Assembly (NCBI GenBank): GCA_043778225.1
Contig: JAYWGM010000001.1
Location: forward strand, 1-56,085
Source of the DNA: Deinococcales bacterium
GTDB lineage: Bacteria > Deinococcota > Deinococci > Deinococcales > JAAFIG01
DNA: 56,085 nt
Direction: 5' to 3'
Below, in pieces: positions 38,468 to 48,587 of this stretch. The translations under genes and the position numbers were made by a program. Numbering within the stretch: position 1 is the stretch's first letter; each line of letters starts with the position of its first letter. A model generated the notes under the pieces. It was not told the DNA's origin. It was given only the letters and a program-made list of their open reading frames with translations, and did no database searches.

Positions 38468-39556
38468 CTATTGGGTCACGCGGTTCAACACAAATTTGAG
38501 TTCGACTGGGCGCTTGTTACGCCAGACACTTAAAATGACCGTATCGCCCGGGCGACGTTTGGCGACTTGCTGAATCACATCGTAACGCCCCTGCACATTG
38601 GTGTTGCCAACTTTGAGGATAATATCGCCCAAGCCCGTAATTCGTCCGTCGCGGTCGCGCACCGAAGCCCGTAATCCGGCTCGAGCCGCCGCACTGCCGG
38701 GGTCAACATCGAGTACCAACGCCCCACGGTTCGAGCTTAGCCCAACCCCAGTTAAAGCAAAAGGCTCGAGTTCTGCCACGTCTTTAAGCTCTGCGCCAAG
38801 TTTGCCGCGCTGCGAAACCCCAAAGCGCTCGAGGTCAGAAAGGCTTTGCTGCACCAACGGGGCTGGAATTGCTAGACCAATTTTTCCGGTGGCGGTCAAA
38901 GAACTTTCTAAATTGGCATCCACCACACCAATCACAAAGCCTTTGCTGTCCAAAACAGGTCCGCCCGAGTTGCCGCTTTCGATGTTGGCATCGGTCAGCA
39001 TCATTTGCGGAATTTCAATCCCGATTTCGTCGGGGAATTCTTCGATGCGGTTAAAGCCCGAAACCACCCCCGTGGCAATGTTGTTGGGTTTGCGCTGTGG
39101 GCTACCCAGCACAATCGCTTTTTGTCCGGGCAGGACTTCGTTGCTCGAGAACCGCAAAATGGTTGGCGCAGTCACACCCTGAACACTCAGCACAGCAATG
39201 TCGATGCCAATGTCGTAGGCTTCGATTTCGGCTCGGAAACGCCGCCCATCCCAGAGTTGCACTTGTACCCCCACGGGGTCGTTATTGACCGCGTGATAAT
39301 TGGTGATGATGCGGTTGCTGGTGTAAAAAAATCCAGTCGAATAGATATTCGGGTCTTCGCCCTGTGGCACAGCTTCGGGGGCGCTGCGCGAGATAATTGT
39401 GACCACACCTTTGATGTTGCGGGTTCGCACCTCGACATTGTTGATTTCGTCGGGTGTAACCAAGCGAGATTGCGCCGCCGTAAAGCCAGAGTAATACCCC
39501 AAGCCGACCGCCAGAATAAAAGCCAATAAAATTCCTAATCGCCACACGCCCTGCAT
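38468..39556 (-). CDS. HtrA/DegP-like S1C serine protease with PDZ domain
   Basis: 'TNYHAV', 'DIAVL', 'GNSGGP', C-terminal PDZ. Confidence 0.9.
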   Translation of the reverse strand: MQGVWRLGILLAFILAVGLGYYSGFTAAQSRLVTPDEINNVEVRTRNIKGVVTIISRSAPEAVPQGEDPNIYSTGFFYTSNRIITNYHAVNNDPVGVQVQLWDGRRFRAEIEAYDIGIDIAVLSVQGVTAPTILRFSSNEVLPGQKAIVLGSPQRKPNNIATGVVSGFNRIEEFPDEIGIEIPQMMLTDANIESGNSGGPVLDSKGFVIGVVDANLESSLTATGKIGLAIPAPLVQQSLSDLERFGVSQRGKLGAELKDVAELEPFALTGVGLSSNRGALVLDVDPGSAAARAGLRASVRDRDGRITGLGDIILKVGNTNVQGRYDVIQQVAKRRPGDTVILSVWRNKRPVELKFVLNRVTQ

Positions 39557-39655
39557 TGTACTTGGTTAAACAAAAGAAAGCACGGATTTGGATGATAAAC
39601 CTCAGTTAAGGTTCTGCACACTTTCTTCAGCGCTAAAGTCTGCACGATACAAAGC

Positions 39656-40003
39656 ATGAAACGATTTATTTTGGCTGGATTCTTACTGACCTCGAGTTTT
39701 GCCAGCAGTTCACTCGAGAAAACATGGCAACTCAACCAGACCCAGAACTTGACTTTCCAAGCCGGTCAGGTCAGTGGTAACGCTGGCTGCAATAACTTTT
39801 CTGGTGGCTATAGCACCAAAAGTTCAGTCCTGACTTTTGGGGCGCTTGCCAGCACCCGCAAAGCCTGTGCGCCAGCCATCATGGAGCAAGAAAATCTGTT
39901 CTTAAAACGTTTAGCCAGCACCAAACGCTTTTTAATCAGCCCAGATGGTTTGCGTTTAACCCTGATTGGCGATGGTGTCCAACGCCTGACTGCCAGCCGT
40001 TAG
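39656..40003 (+). CDS. META domain (HslJ-like) protein
   Basis: 'SGNAGCNNFSG.Y', 'STRKAC...MEQE'. Confidence 0.88.
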   Translation: MKRFILAGFLLTSSFASSSLEKTWQLNQTQNLTFQAGQVSGNAGCNNFSGGYSTKSSVLTFGALASTRKACAPAIMEQENLFLKRLASTKRFLISPDGLRLTLIGDGVQRLTASR

Positions 40004-40012
40004 AATAAACCA

Positions 40013-42217
40013 GTGCTGCTTCGAGCGACCGATATTCGACTGGTGTATGGCGAGAAAACAATTCTCGAGGACGTGAATTTGCAGCTAGAAGCGGGCGATA
40101 AAATCGCTTTGACTGGGCGCAACGGAAGCGGCAAGACATCTTTACTGAAAATTCTAATGCGCCAGCAAGCCCCAGATTCGGGGCAGCTTGAAATTCATGG
40201 GCGGGTCGGTTGGCTCGAGCAAGACCCTGTTTTTTCGGGGCAGACGGTTGAAACCGTAATGACCGATGCGTTGCAGCATTTACGGCAACTCGAGGTAAAA
40301 CTACGCCAACTCGAGGCAGAAAATAACATCGGTCTGGCTTGGTCAGAAACTTTAGAAGCCTTTGAACAGGCTGGTGGCTATGTGGCAGAAGCTCGAGCGG
40401 CTGGCGTTCTCGAGGCGCTTGGTTTAAGCCCAATGCTGAGCCAAGATGCCGACACCCTGAGCGGTGGCGAGCGCACCCGTTTGGCATTGGCGGTGGTGCT
40501 GATTGCCCAACCAGAGGTGTTGCTGCTCGATGAGCCAACCAACCATCTGGACATCGAGATGCGAATTTTTCTCGAGAAGCGCTTACTCGAGTACCCCGGA
40601 GCAGTCCTGATTGTTTCGCACGACCGCCGTTTACTCGATGTTGTGGCACGCCAAACGCTGCATTTGGAAACTGGTGTTTTAACACGCTATGCAGGTGGAT
40701 ACACAAAATCCAGAGCGGCTCGGCTCGAGGCTCGGCGCTTACAAGCTCGGGCGGCGCGGCTGGGTGGTTTTGAACTGCGGAGACTCAGCAGCGCTGCCAA
40801 AACCGTGGCGGCTTGGGGGGTCGGCAATGCCAAATTGGCACGGCGAGCCAAAGCCCTGTCCACCCGTGTCGAACGGCTAACTGTAGTCGAAGCCCCACCT
40901 CGAGAACGGGTTTTACGGATGCAATTGCAAAGTGGTCAAGCCGTTGCCAAATTGGTCTTGCGTGCTGAGCGAATCCAAAAAACTTTTGGACAGCGTTTGT
41001 TGCTCGAGAAAGCCGATTTGCGCTTGCGGCTTGGCGACCGTGTGGCGTTGCTGGCAAAAAACGGAGCAGGTAAAACCACACTGCTGCGAATTTTACTGGG
41101 CGATTTAGCTCCAGATGTACCCAATCCGCTTGAGCCGCCCGAGGTGCGCTACAGCGACGGCGTGACAGTGGCTTATTTTGACCAGACCTTTCATGGTTTA
41201 GAGCGGCAAAAACCAGTCTTTGAGCAGTTGGCGGCTCGAGTTGGCGAACGCAGTGCTACGGCATTGTTGGGGCGTTATGGTTTCCCGCCAGAAATGCAGC
41301 AGCGCCCCCCAAGCACCTTATCGGGAGGTGAACGCGCTCGGGCTGGCTTGGCTTTATTGGGCGCAACTCGAGCCGATGTGCTGATTCTGGACGAACCGAC
41401 CAATCATTTGGATGTCGAGACCCTAGAAGCCCTCGAAGAAGCGATTCTGGGTTATCCGGGCAGTGTTTTATTTGTGACCCACGACCGAAGTTTTGCCAAA
41501 GCGGTGGCAACTCGAGTCATGACCATCGACCAAGCCCAGTTAATCGAATTTGAACAAGGTTTTTTGGGTTATGAGCGCTTTCGTAAAGGCGAGCGTCGCA
41601 CCCTTGACCCAGCCCGTTTATTGGGTGGCGAAAGCCCGCCACCGCCACCCAAAATGTATACCCCAGAGCAGCAATTGCAACTGCTCGAGGAACGCAGCAT
41701 CGAACTTGAGGAAATGTTTTTATTTCGTGGCTTAACCGAGCGCGAATGGCAGCGTTACCGCATTGAAGCCCGAGCGATTCTCGAGCGCCTGTCCGAATTG
41801 CATAGCCAGCGTTATGCTGTGCCACTCGAGTTTGACCATGCCATGACGATTCGCCCGCTCGAGATTAGGACTGTATCAGATGACTCAGGGCAAGAATGGC
41901 AATTTTGGGCTAAAAACTCAAGTGGCTGCCCGACCCTTCATGGCAAGCTCGAGAACAGAACCCTAACCCTAAGCTGGAACGGCAACCTTGAGAATGCCTT
42001 GCGCTGGTTCAGACGGGCTTTGCTTCGTGGGGCGCTTGGGCTGGGCTTTGAGCGCCTTGGTTGCCGCCAAGTGGTGCTGCCAGAAGAACTCGAGCCATTT
42101 GGAGTGGTTTCTACAAGTTTTGTCTATGCTCAAAAAATAGGTCTGCTTGAGCCACAAAAAAAGCCTAAGCACCGCCGTAAAAAAAGAAAAGCCGTGTCGT
42201 TCTCGAGTCCAAACTGA
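40013..42217 (+). CDS. ABC-F family ATPase with C-terminal extension
   Basis: Two NBDs (LSGGE, DEPTNHLD, SHDR/THDR) and no TMD. Confidence 0.9.
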   Translation: MLLRATDIRLVYGEKTILEDVNLQLEAGDKIALTGRNGSGKTSLLKILMRQQAPDSGQLEIHGRVGWLEQDPVFSGQTVETVMTDALQHLRQLEVKLRQLEAENNIGLAWSETLEAFEQAGGYVAEARAAGVLEALGLSPMLSQDADTLSGGERTRLALAVVLIAQPEVLLLDEPTNHLDIEMRIFLEKRLLEYPGAVLIVSHDRRLLDVVARQTLHLETGVLTRYAGGYTKSRAARLEARRLQARAARLGGFELRRLSSAAKTVAAWGVGNAKLARRAKALSTRVERLTVVEAPPRERVLRMQLQSGQAVAKLVLRAERIQKTFGQRLLLEKADLRLRLGDRVALLAKNGAGKTTLLRILLGDLAPDVPNPLEPPEVRYSDGVTVAYFDQTFHGLERQKPVFEQLAARVGERSATALLGRYGFPPEMQQRPPSTLSGGERARAGLALLGATRADVLILDEPTNHLDVETLEALEEAILGYPGSVLFVTHDRSFAKAVATRVMTIDQAQLIEFEQGFLGYERFRKGERRTLDPARLLGGESPPPPPKMYTPEQQLQLLEERSIELEEMFLFRGLTEREWQRYRIEARAILERLSELHSQRYAVPLEFDHAMTIRPLEIRTVSDDSGQEWQFWAKNSSGCPTLHGKLENRTLTLSWNGNLENALRWFRRALLRGALGLGFERLGCRQVVLPEELEPFGVVSTSFVYAQKIGLLEPQKKPKHRRKKRKAVSFSSPN

Positions 42218-42258
42218 TTTTGTCACGCACCTGACACAAAACCAGTACAATGAGCATT

Positions 42259-44088
42259 ATGAAGTCTGCCCAAAGTTATTTACTGCTGGTCATTTTGCTG
42301 TTCTCGAGCCATGCGGTTGCTAAGTCGTTTACTTTCTCGAATATCGAGCAAGATATTTATTTAGCCGCCACTGGTCAGGTTCGGGTGATTGATACCCGCA
42401 CCTATAATTTCGATGGTGATTTTGGCAAAGCCTACCTGACGGTGGATACCCGAGGCTCGGTCAAGTTTGAGGGCGTGACAGCTTTGGATGGCAAGCCGTT
42501 TTTTGGTTATACCCAAGATGGCAATACGATTCGCTGGTCGTACCAAGCCAGCAATGAACAACGCCAATTTCGGATTATTTATAGCTTGTCTGGCGAATTA
42601 GATGTTGCCCAAGACGGCGCAAAATTTGACCGACAGGTTTTAGAACCCGAACACGTGGCGACTGCAAACTACACCGTGCGCCTACACGCCCCCAATGGTT
42701 CGCCAGACCCGTTTAAGGTCTTTGTGTTTTCAAAGAATTCGCGGCTTGGGACACTGGCTTTTGATGACCCCAAAGGCGTTGCCACCGTTAATATGCAAAA
42801 TGTTGCCGAAGACGAATGGGTACGAACCTTTGTGTTGCTGCCGGCTGGTCAGTTCTTAAAGCCAAACTTAGCTGGCAATCAGTTACCCGTCTGGCTCGAG
42901 GGCTTAAAAGTCGAGACCGCCGCTTTTCGCAATGCCTCGGCGCAAGCCATTGCCAGAGGTGGATTTGCACCACCGCCACCGCCACCACCAGCTTGGTTGT
43001 TGGCACTGCCATTTCTTGGGGTGTTGTTTTTTGGCGGCAACATCTGGAATGTCTACCAAAAATATGGGCGCGAGCCAAGGATTCCCGAAGTCGGCAAGTA
43101 TTACCGTGAGCCAGCCCAAAATATCCCGCCGGGAATTGTGCCTTTTGTCCAGACAATCATTGACCCAGGCAGCAGTGCCTTGGGGGCAGCCATCAGCGCA
43201 ACCTTGCTCGACTTTACACGGCGTGGGTTTTTGGAACTCAAAAGAGGGCAAACCAGTGGCTTTTTGGGCTTAGGCAAAAAAGAAGAAGTCCAATTTGAAT
43301 TGGCAAAACGCCCACAAGAAGCCGAGTTATCTGAGTTTGAAAACGAAATCTGGAGTGTCCTCAATCGCGCTCGAGGTTTTGATAATCTGGTCACACAAAC
43401 CGAATTAAAAACCTATTTCACCATGAACGCAAGCAGCCTTCAGGGGTTAGCAACCATCCCGCGCCAATGGTACGAAGAAAAATATGGGGCGCTGCTCGAC
43501 ACCGCTAATCAGGGAAAAACCACACCTTGGACAATTGCGATTTTTGTTTTTGGGATGCTGGCTTTTGGCAGTGGAATTGCGCTTTTGGCGGCGGATGCTA
43601 CGGCTTTGGGGGCAGCTTTGATGGTTTCTGGCATCGCCATGATTCTAGGCGGAGTGCTGGCTGGAATTGCTTTGTCGCGCTGGAATAAGGATAAATTACT
43701 CAATGCCAAACGTTGGGGCGCATATAAAAACTTCTTGCTCGATTTTTCGCAAATGGAAAGCGCTCCTGCTGAACATCTCAAACTCTGGGATTACCATTTT
43801 GTCTATGCCTGTGCTTTGGGCATTTCGCAGCAGTACCTCAAAAACCTTAAAACCCTTGCCGAGCGTTACCCACAGTATTATCACCCACCTTATTGGTTGC
43901 CAGCTTCGTATTATGCCAACAGCGACTTGTCAAATCAGTTGGCAGCCGTCGGCAGCCTAGCAACCCTATCGAGCAACCTCAGCAGTCTAGAAAGCGCTCT
44001 CTCGAGCAGCAGTGGTACAGGTGGCGGCTTTGGTGGTGGTAGTTCTGGCGGCTCGAGCGGTGGTGGTGGCTCGAGCGGCGCAAGTTAA
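42259..44088 (+). CDS. DUF2207 membrane protein
   Basis: Signal peptide, TMs, 'W..YKNFL', 'VYACALG', Gly/Ser tail; adjacent to lemA. Confidence 0.85.
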   Translation: MKSAQSYLLLVILLFSSHAVAKSFTFSNIEQDIYLAATGQVRVIDTRTYNFDGDFGKAYLTVDTRGSVKFEGVTALDGKPFFGYTQDGNTIRWSYQASNEQRQFRIIYSLSGELDVAQDGAKFDRQVLEPEHVATANYTVRLHAPNGSPDPFKVFVFSKNSRLGTLAFDDPKGVATVNMQNVAEDEWVRTFVLLPAGQFLKPNLAGNQLPVWLEGLKVETAAFRNASAQAIARGGFAPPPPPPPAWLLALPFLGVLFFGGNIWNVYQKYGREPRIPEVGKYYREPAQNIPPGIVPFVQTIIDPGSSALGAAISATLLDFTRRGFLELKRGQTSGFLGLGKKEEVQFELAKRPQEAELSEFENEIWSVLNRARGFDNLVTQTELKTYFTMNASSLQGLATIPRQWYEEKYGALLDTANQGKTTPWTIAIFVFGMLAFGSGIALLAADATALGAALMVSGIAMILGGVLAGIALSRWNKDKLLNAKRWGAYKNFLLDFSQMESAPAEHLKLWDYHFVYACALGISQQYLKNLKTLAERYPQYYHPPYWLPASYYANSDLSNQLAAVGSLATLSSNLSSLESALSSSSGTGGGFGGGSSGGSSGGGGSSGAS

Positions 44089-44126
44089 AATTTTTCGTCC
44101 TCTTTCCAAGTTCTAAAGGAGTTTTT

Positions 44127-44675
44127 ATGGGTCCAATTATTGTTTTGGTGGTTTTGGCGCTGCTGGTGGTTTTTGCGATTGGCGTTTTTAACAATATCGT
44201 TTCACTCGAAAACCGCGTTGCCAATGCGCTTGGGCAAATAGATGTCCAACTTAAAAAACGCTCCGACCTTGTGCCGAATCTGGTCAGCACCGTCAAAGGT
44301 TATGCGGCGCACGAAACCAGTGTCTTTGAAAAAGTCACGGCTGCCCGCAGCCAACTCGACAACGCCAGTGGAATTGAAGATAAAGCGGCTGCCTCGAGTT
44401 TACTGTCTGGCGCACTTCGCACCGTTTTTGCAGTTGCCGAAGCCTACCCCGACCTCAAAGCCAATCAGAATTTTATTCAGTTGCAAACCGAATTGACCGA
44501 ACTCGAGGATAAAATTGCCTACAGTCGCCAGTTCTATAACGATACCGCACTCGAGTTTAACAACGCCATCACAACTGTGCCGGGCGTATTTTTTGCCAAC
44601 CCAATGCAAAAAACCAAGAAATCCATGTTTGAAGCCAGCGAGGGCGAAAAAATTGTGCCGAGCGTGGCTTTTTAA
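44127..44675 (+). CDS. lemA: LemA family protein
   Basis: 'IDVQLKKR.DLVPNLV..VKGYA.HE', 'EAYPDLKANQNF', 'SRQFYN'. Confidence 0.93.
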   Translation: MGPIIVLVVLALLVVFAIGVFNNIVSLENRVANALGQIDVQLKKRSDLVPNLVSTVKGYAAHETSVFEKVTAARSQLDNASGIEDKAAASSLLSGALRTVFAVAEAYPDLKANQNFIQLQTELTELEDKIAYSRQFYNDTALEFNNAITTVPGVFFANPMQKTKKSMFEASEGEKIVPSVAF

Positions 44676-47578
44676 GCCAGTTGTGCTTGGCTTAAAACCA
44701 AGACAGCTGTGGTTTCTAAACCGCGCTCGAGTCCGCGCTGCATCGTGATTTCAAGCATTTGTGGCTCGAGCAACTGCCCCAAATTTCCTAGGGTTGCCTG
44801 TCCGTGCGCCGCAATTTCGCGGTTGCTCTGTGGGTGGCGCAGTGCCAGACCTAAAAACTCGGCGGCAATTTTATACTGCTTTTGGTCAAAAAAGAGGTTG
44901 GCAAAGCCAATCAGTGCCTCGAGTTGCAAGCGTTGGTCGTTCAGTTCTCGCGCCATCCCCAAGGCTTGACGCTGCTGCTGCTCGGCGGTTTCGGGCTGAT
45001 GCAAAGACCTTGCAATATGACCGAGTTGAATTTTGGTGTAACTGACATCGCGGTTGGCAGCCAGTTCTTGACTGATTTCTAGGCTTTCTTGGAAATATCC
45101 TCGGGCAGCCTCGAGTTTGCCAGCCAGCATTTCGATTCTGCCTAAACTGATGCCATGCAGACTTTGGGCAAAACGACTGCCAATTTTTTGCGCCATTTCC
45201 ATGGCTTGGCTTAAACAGGCTCGAGCCGAGGCAAAGTCTTGACGTTCGGCAGCCACCATCCCCAAAGCGCTTAAAACCAAAGCCATACCACTGACCGAGC
45301 CATGAACGCGCAGGGTTTGTAGGGCTTCTTCGAGGTGTTGGGTGGCACTGGTTAAATTGCCACGCGCCATCAATTCGGCTTGCCCAAGCCACGAAAGCGA
45401 AACGGCTCGAGCCAGTGGTCCTTGCGGTAAACGCAGCGTTTCTTGGCAGACCAAATACATCTCTTCAAAATAGCCCAGCCGATTGAGCGACCTTGCCCAA
45501 ACCGAACGAGCCATTGCCAATGAAGTCGTGTCCTCGAGAAGCGTAGCAAGCCCGATGGCTTCTTTGATACTGACCACCGAGGTGTGTAAATCGCCAAGCA
45601 TTTGCTGTAGTTGGGCTAAAGAACTCCAAACACGAACCAACAATGGGCTGACTGGCTGCTGATGATTGCTCAAACTGGCTTCGAGCCAATGGATACCTTC
45701 GCGCAGTAAGCCTCGAGAAACCCAAAACCCATTGAGCGATTCCGCCAGTTCCATGGCGAGTTTTTGATCGTTACCCGACAATGCCCACGTCATGGCAGCC
45801 CGAAAATTATCCAATTCCGACTCGAGAATCGGCAAAAAAGTGATTTGCTCGTAGGTTCGCAATTTGTTTTGATTGCGCTGCATAAACTCGAGGTAATACG
45901 CCGCATGAGCCTCGCCGACTTCTGCCCAATCGCTCTCGACTTGGCGCAATTTTTGGCTGGTGTACTCTCGAATCAATTCATGCAGACTTAAACGCCCACC
46001 AACCAAGCGCAGCAAACTTTTCTCGGATAAACTCAAGATGTCGCGGTGACTGATACCCGCCACAGCAATCGCGGCGGCTTGGCTAAAACCACCACAAAAA
46101 ATAGACAAGCGCCGTAAACTGCGCTGTTCACTGGCGGATAGTAAACCCCAAGAATACAAAAAAGTAGCGCCTAGACCGGCTTGACGGGCGGGTAAATCGC
46201 CGAGGCTGCCCTCGAGAAAATCCAGGCTTTGGGTAATTTTATGTTCAATATCAAAGATACTCATGGCGCGTAACCAAGCTGCTGCCAGTTCTAAAGCCAA
46301 AGGTGCGCCTGCTAAAATGGCGCATAAACGCAGCACCGCTTGGCGTTCTGACTCGTTGGGTTGCCATTGGCGCTGTCGCCGAGCCGCCGCCAAAAATGCC
46401 AATCCAGACCCAGATTGTTCGAGGTCGGAACTATTTTTGGGCAGGCTTAATCCATCCAGTTCCAGCAGATATTCGCCACGCACCCCTAAACGGGTTCGGG
46501 AGGTAAAAAGCAGCTTGAGTTTGCCTAAGCCACTAAAGCGCACCGCAAAAGCTCGAGCCGTTTCAATGCACTGCTCGACGTTATCTAGCACCAACAGCAA
46601 TGGCTCAGTACGGCGCTCGAGCGCACTGTATAAGGCATCCTCTAAGGAATTATTGGACATAAAACTGATGCCCAAAGCGGCGATAATACTTGGTGCAAAA
46701 CTTAACTCGGACTGCACTCCAACCAAAGAAACAAAGACCGCCTCGATTTTGAGTTCTCGAGCCAGTTGCAGTGCCAAACTGGTTTTCCCAATTCCGCCAA
46801 TGCCCAACACAGTAATCAGTGCCGACTGACTGAGCAATAAATGCAGGGCTTGGAGTTCGGTTTCGCGCCCAAGTAAAGGTGTTACTGCATTGGGTAAGGA
46901 ATGCTTGGTGGGTATGGCTGGTTTTGCGGCACGTAAAGCATTCAATGCCGAACGCAATTCAGGCGAAGGCACTTCGTTGTACTCGAGCAGTTCTCGTTCA
47001 TAGCGGGTAAAAATTGCTTCGCCTCGAGCCACTTGGCTTGTTTGGTTGGCTAAAGACAGGGCTTCCAAGACAATGGTTTCATCCAAAAAAGCCAAGCCTT
47101 CAAGCAGCCCTAGCCCCTCGAGTGGACTGGTTTTTTGAATTAAACGCAAAGCCACTTCACGCCGTTGGGTGGCAATAAATTCGCGCTCTAAGGTCAGCCA
47201 CGCCCCAAATTCGCTGTCGTTGGGGGTCACACCCTCGAGTAAATCGCCTTGGCACAATTGCAGTGCCTCGAGTTCTCGCCCTTGTTGTAAAGCCAGTTTG
47301 AATTCGGCTAAATCGCTGCTGCCGAGCCAGCGCAAGCGCCCAGCTTGGCTTTCGATACCCGTTAAGCCCAGTAGTTTAGTGCGGTATAAAAGCTGACGCA
47401 AACGCTGCTGAAGCCCAATTTCGTCTGACCAAAGCAACAGCAGCAATTCTTCACGGCGCACCCAATCGGCTCGAGCCGCCAAAATTGTCAGCAACCACGA
47501 AATCCGTTCAAGCGGTAATTTCAAAGTATCTTGGGCGGTTTGTAACTCGGGGCTTCCGAGCAGCCGTAAACGCAACAT
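44672..47578 (-). CDS. AfsR/SARP-like regulator: BTAD, STAND ATPase and TPR
   Basis: 'LLGRETEL', 'GIGGIGKT', 'LVLDNVEQ', 'GAPLALELAA', C-terminal TPRs. Confidence 0.85.
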   Translation of the reverse strand: MLRLRLLGSPELQTAQDTLKLPLERISWLLTILAARADWVRREELLLLLWSDEIGLQQRLRQLLYRTKLLGLTGIESQAGRLRWLGSSDLAEFKLALQQGRELEALQLCQGDLLEGVTPNDSEFGAWLTLEREFIATQRREVALRLIQKTSPLEGLGLLEGLAFLDETIVLEALSLANQTSQVARGEAIFTRYERELLEYNEVPSPELRSALNALRAAKPAIPTKHSLPNAVTPLLGRETELQALHLLLSQSALITVLGIGGIGKTSLALQLARELKIEAVFVSLVGVQSELSFAPSIIAALGISFMSNNSLEDALYSALERRTEPLLLVLDNVEQCIETARAFAVRFSGLGKLKLLFTSRTRLGVRGEYLLELDGLSLPKNSSDLEQSGSGLAFLAAARRQRQWQPNESERQAVLRLCAILAGAPLALELAAAWLRAMSIFDIEHKITQSLDFLEGSLGDLPARQAGLGATFLYSWGLLSASEQRSLRRLSIFCGGFSQAAAIAVAGISHRDILSLSEKSLLRLVGGRLSLHELIREYTSQKLRQVESDWAEVGEAHAAYYLEFMQRNQNKLRTYEQITFLPILESELDNFRAAMTWALSGNDQKLAMELAESLNGFWVSRGLLREGIHWLEASLSNHQQPVSPLLVRVWSSLAQLQQMLGDLHTSVVSIKEAIGLATLLEDTTSLAMARSVWARSLNRLGYFEEMYLVCQETLRLPQGPLARAVSLSWLGQAELMARGNLTSATQHLEEALQTLRVHGSVSGMALVLSALGMVAAERQDFASARACLSQAMEMAQKIGSRFAQSLHGISLGRIEMLAGKLEAARGYFQESLEISQELAANRDVSYTKIQLGHIARSLHQPETAEQQQRQALGMARELNDQRLQLEALIGFANLFFDQKQYKIAAEFLGLALRHPQSNREIAAHGQATLGNLGQLLEPQMLEITMQRGLERGLETTAVLVLSQAQLA

Positions 47579-47697
47579 CGGCACAATTGTAACGCAAAAA
47601 ATTTGGCAATAAGTACCCCTGAATGCACCCGAGGAGCAATCACCACTTGACGTGGCTAACTTCTTCTGATACCTTTTAGCGCTGACCGATTGTGGTT

Positions 47698-47772
47698 GGC
47701 CCCGTCATCTAGCGGTTAGGATAACGCCCTTTCAAGGCGTGTACACGAGTTCGATTCTCGTCGGGGTCACCA
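47698..47772 (+). tRNA. tRNA-Glu (TTC)
   Basis: ACGCC-CTTTCAA-GGCGT anticodon arm, CCA end; TTGACG-17-TACCTT promoter; terminator at 47776-47804. Confidence 0.95.
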
Positions 47773-47807
47773 AGTAAACCACACTGTTAATCAGTGTGGT
47801 TTTTGCT

Positions 47808-48515
47808 TTATTTCTTGGCACTGCCATTTTTAATCACATCGGCGATGACACTTGGTAAATCCCAAGTCAAAATGTCAAAGGCTGCCGCCGAAAAGTTATA
47901 AGGCACTTTGTACAACTCAACTCGCAATTTAGCACCATTAAAGTCCAGAATTGCACAATCTGCGCCCGGCTCGCCATTGAGGCTTAAACCAACACTGCCG
48001 GGATTAATAATAAAACCTTGGTTGACTTCTCTCACCCCAGGAACATGGCTGCCACCCGTGATAAAAATCTGGCAATTCATTTTCTCGAGCAATTCGTTGA
48101 GATTTTTTTGCGAATCGGCTAAGTCCACTTTGGCATCTGGGTCGTCGGGTAGACCGTGCATAAAGCGCACTCGTCCATGAGCCGTCTGCATTTTGCCAGT
48201 CATCGGTAAGGCTCGCATCCATTTGAAATCGTCGGTGGACAATCTGGTCTTGCTCCATTCGATCGTTTGGTCAGCAATGCCAAGCCGAACTTCTTTGGTC
48301 AGCAAATCAAAAACCAATCGGGCTTCGCTTGAACCCATGGTCGTGCTGACTTCGTTTTCGCGCACAAAACGCAGCACTTCGTCAGGGGTTGCACCATAAC
48401 CGACCAAATCGCCTAAGCAGATAATTTGGGTGACGTGTAAATCTTGAAATTTTTTCCAGACGGCACGTAAAGCATGAATGTTTGCATGAAGGTCGCTGAT
48501 AATGCCAAGTCTCAC
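47808..48515 (-). CDS. Metallophosphoesterase (YfcE-like)
   Basis: 'SDLHAN', 'GDLVGYG', 'NPGSVG'; GNH and HTH positions appear as GSS and GSH. Confidence 0.82.
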   Translation of the reverse strand: MRLGIISDLHANIHALRAVWKKFQDLHVTQIICLGDLVGYGATPDEVLRFVRENEVSTTMGSSEARLVFDLLTKEVRLGIADQTIEWSKTRLSTDDFKWMRALPMTGKMQTAHGRVRFMHGLPDDPDAKVDLADSQKNLNELLEKMNCQIFITGGSHVPGVREVNQGFIINPGSVGLSLNGEPGADCAILDFNGAKLRVELYKVPYNFSAAAFDILTWDLPSVIADVIKNGSAKK

Positions 48516-48587
48516 ACTGTTCAGTCTACTCGAGAATCGGTCCAAAGTGCCAATTCTAACCTTTAGCAGTGTTATCATCCTGCCGCC

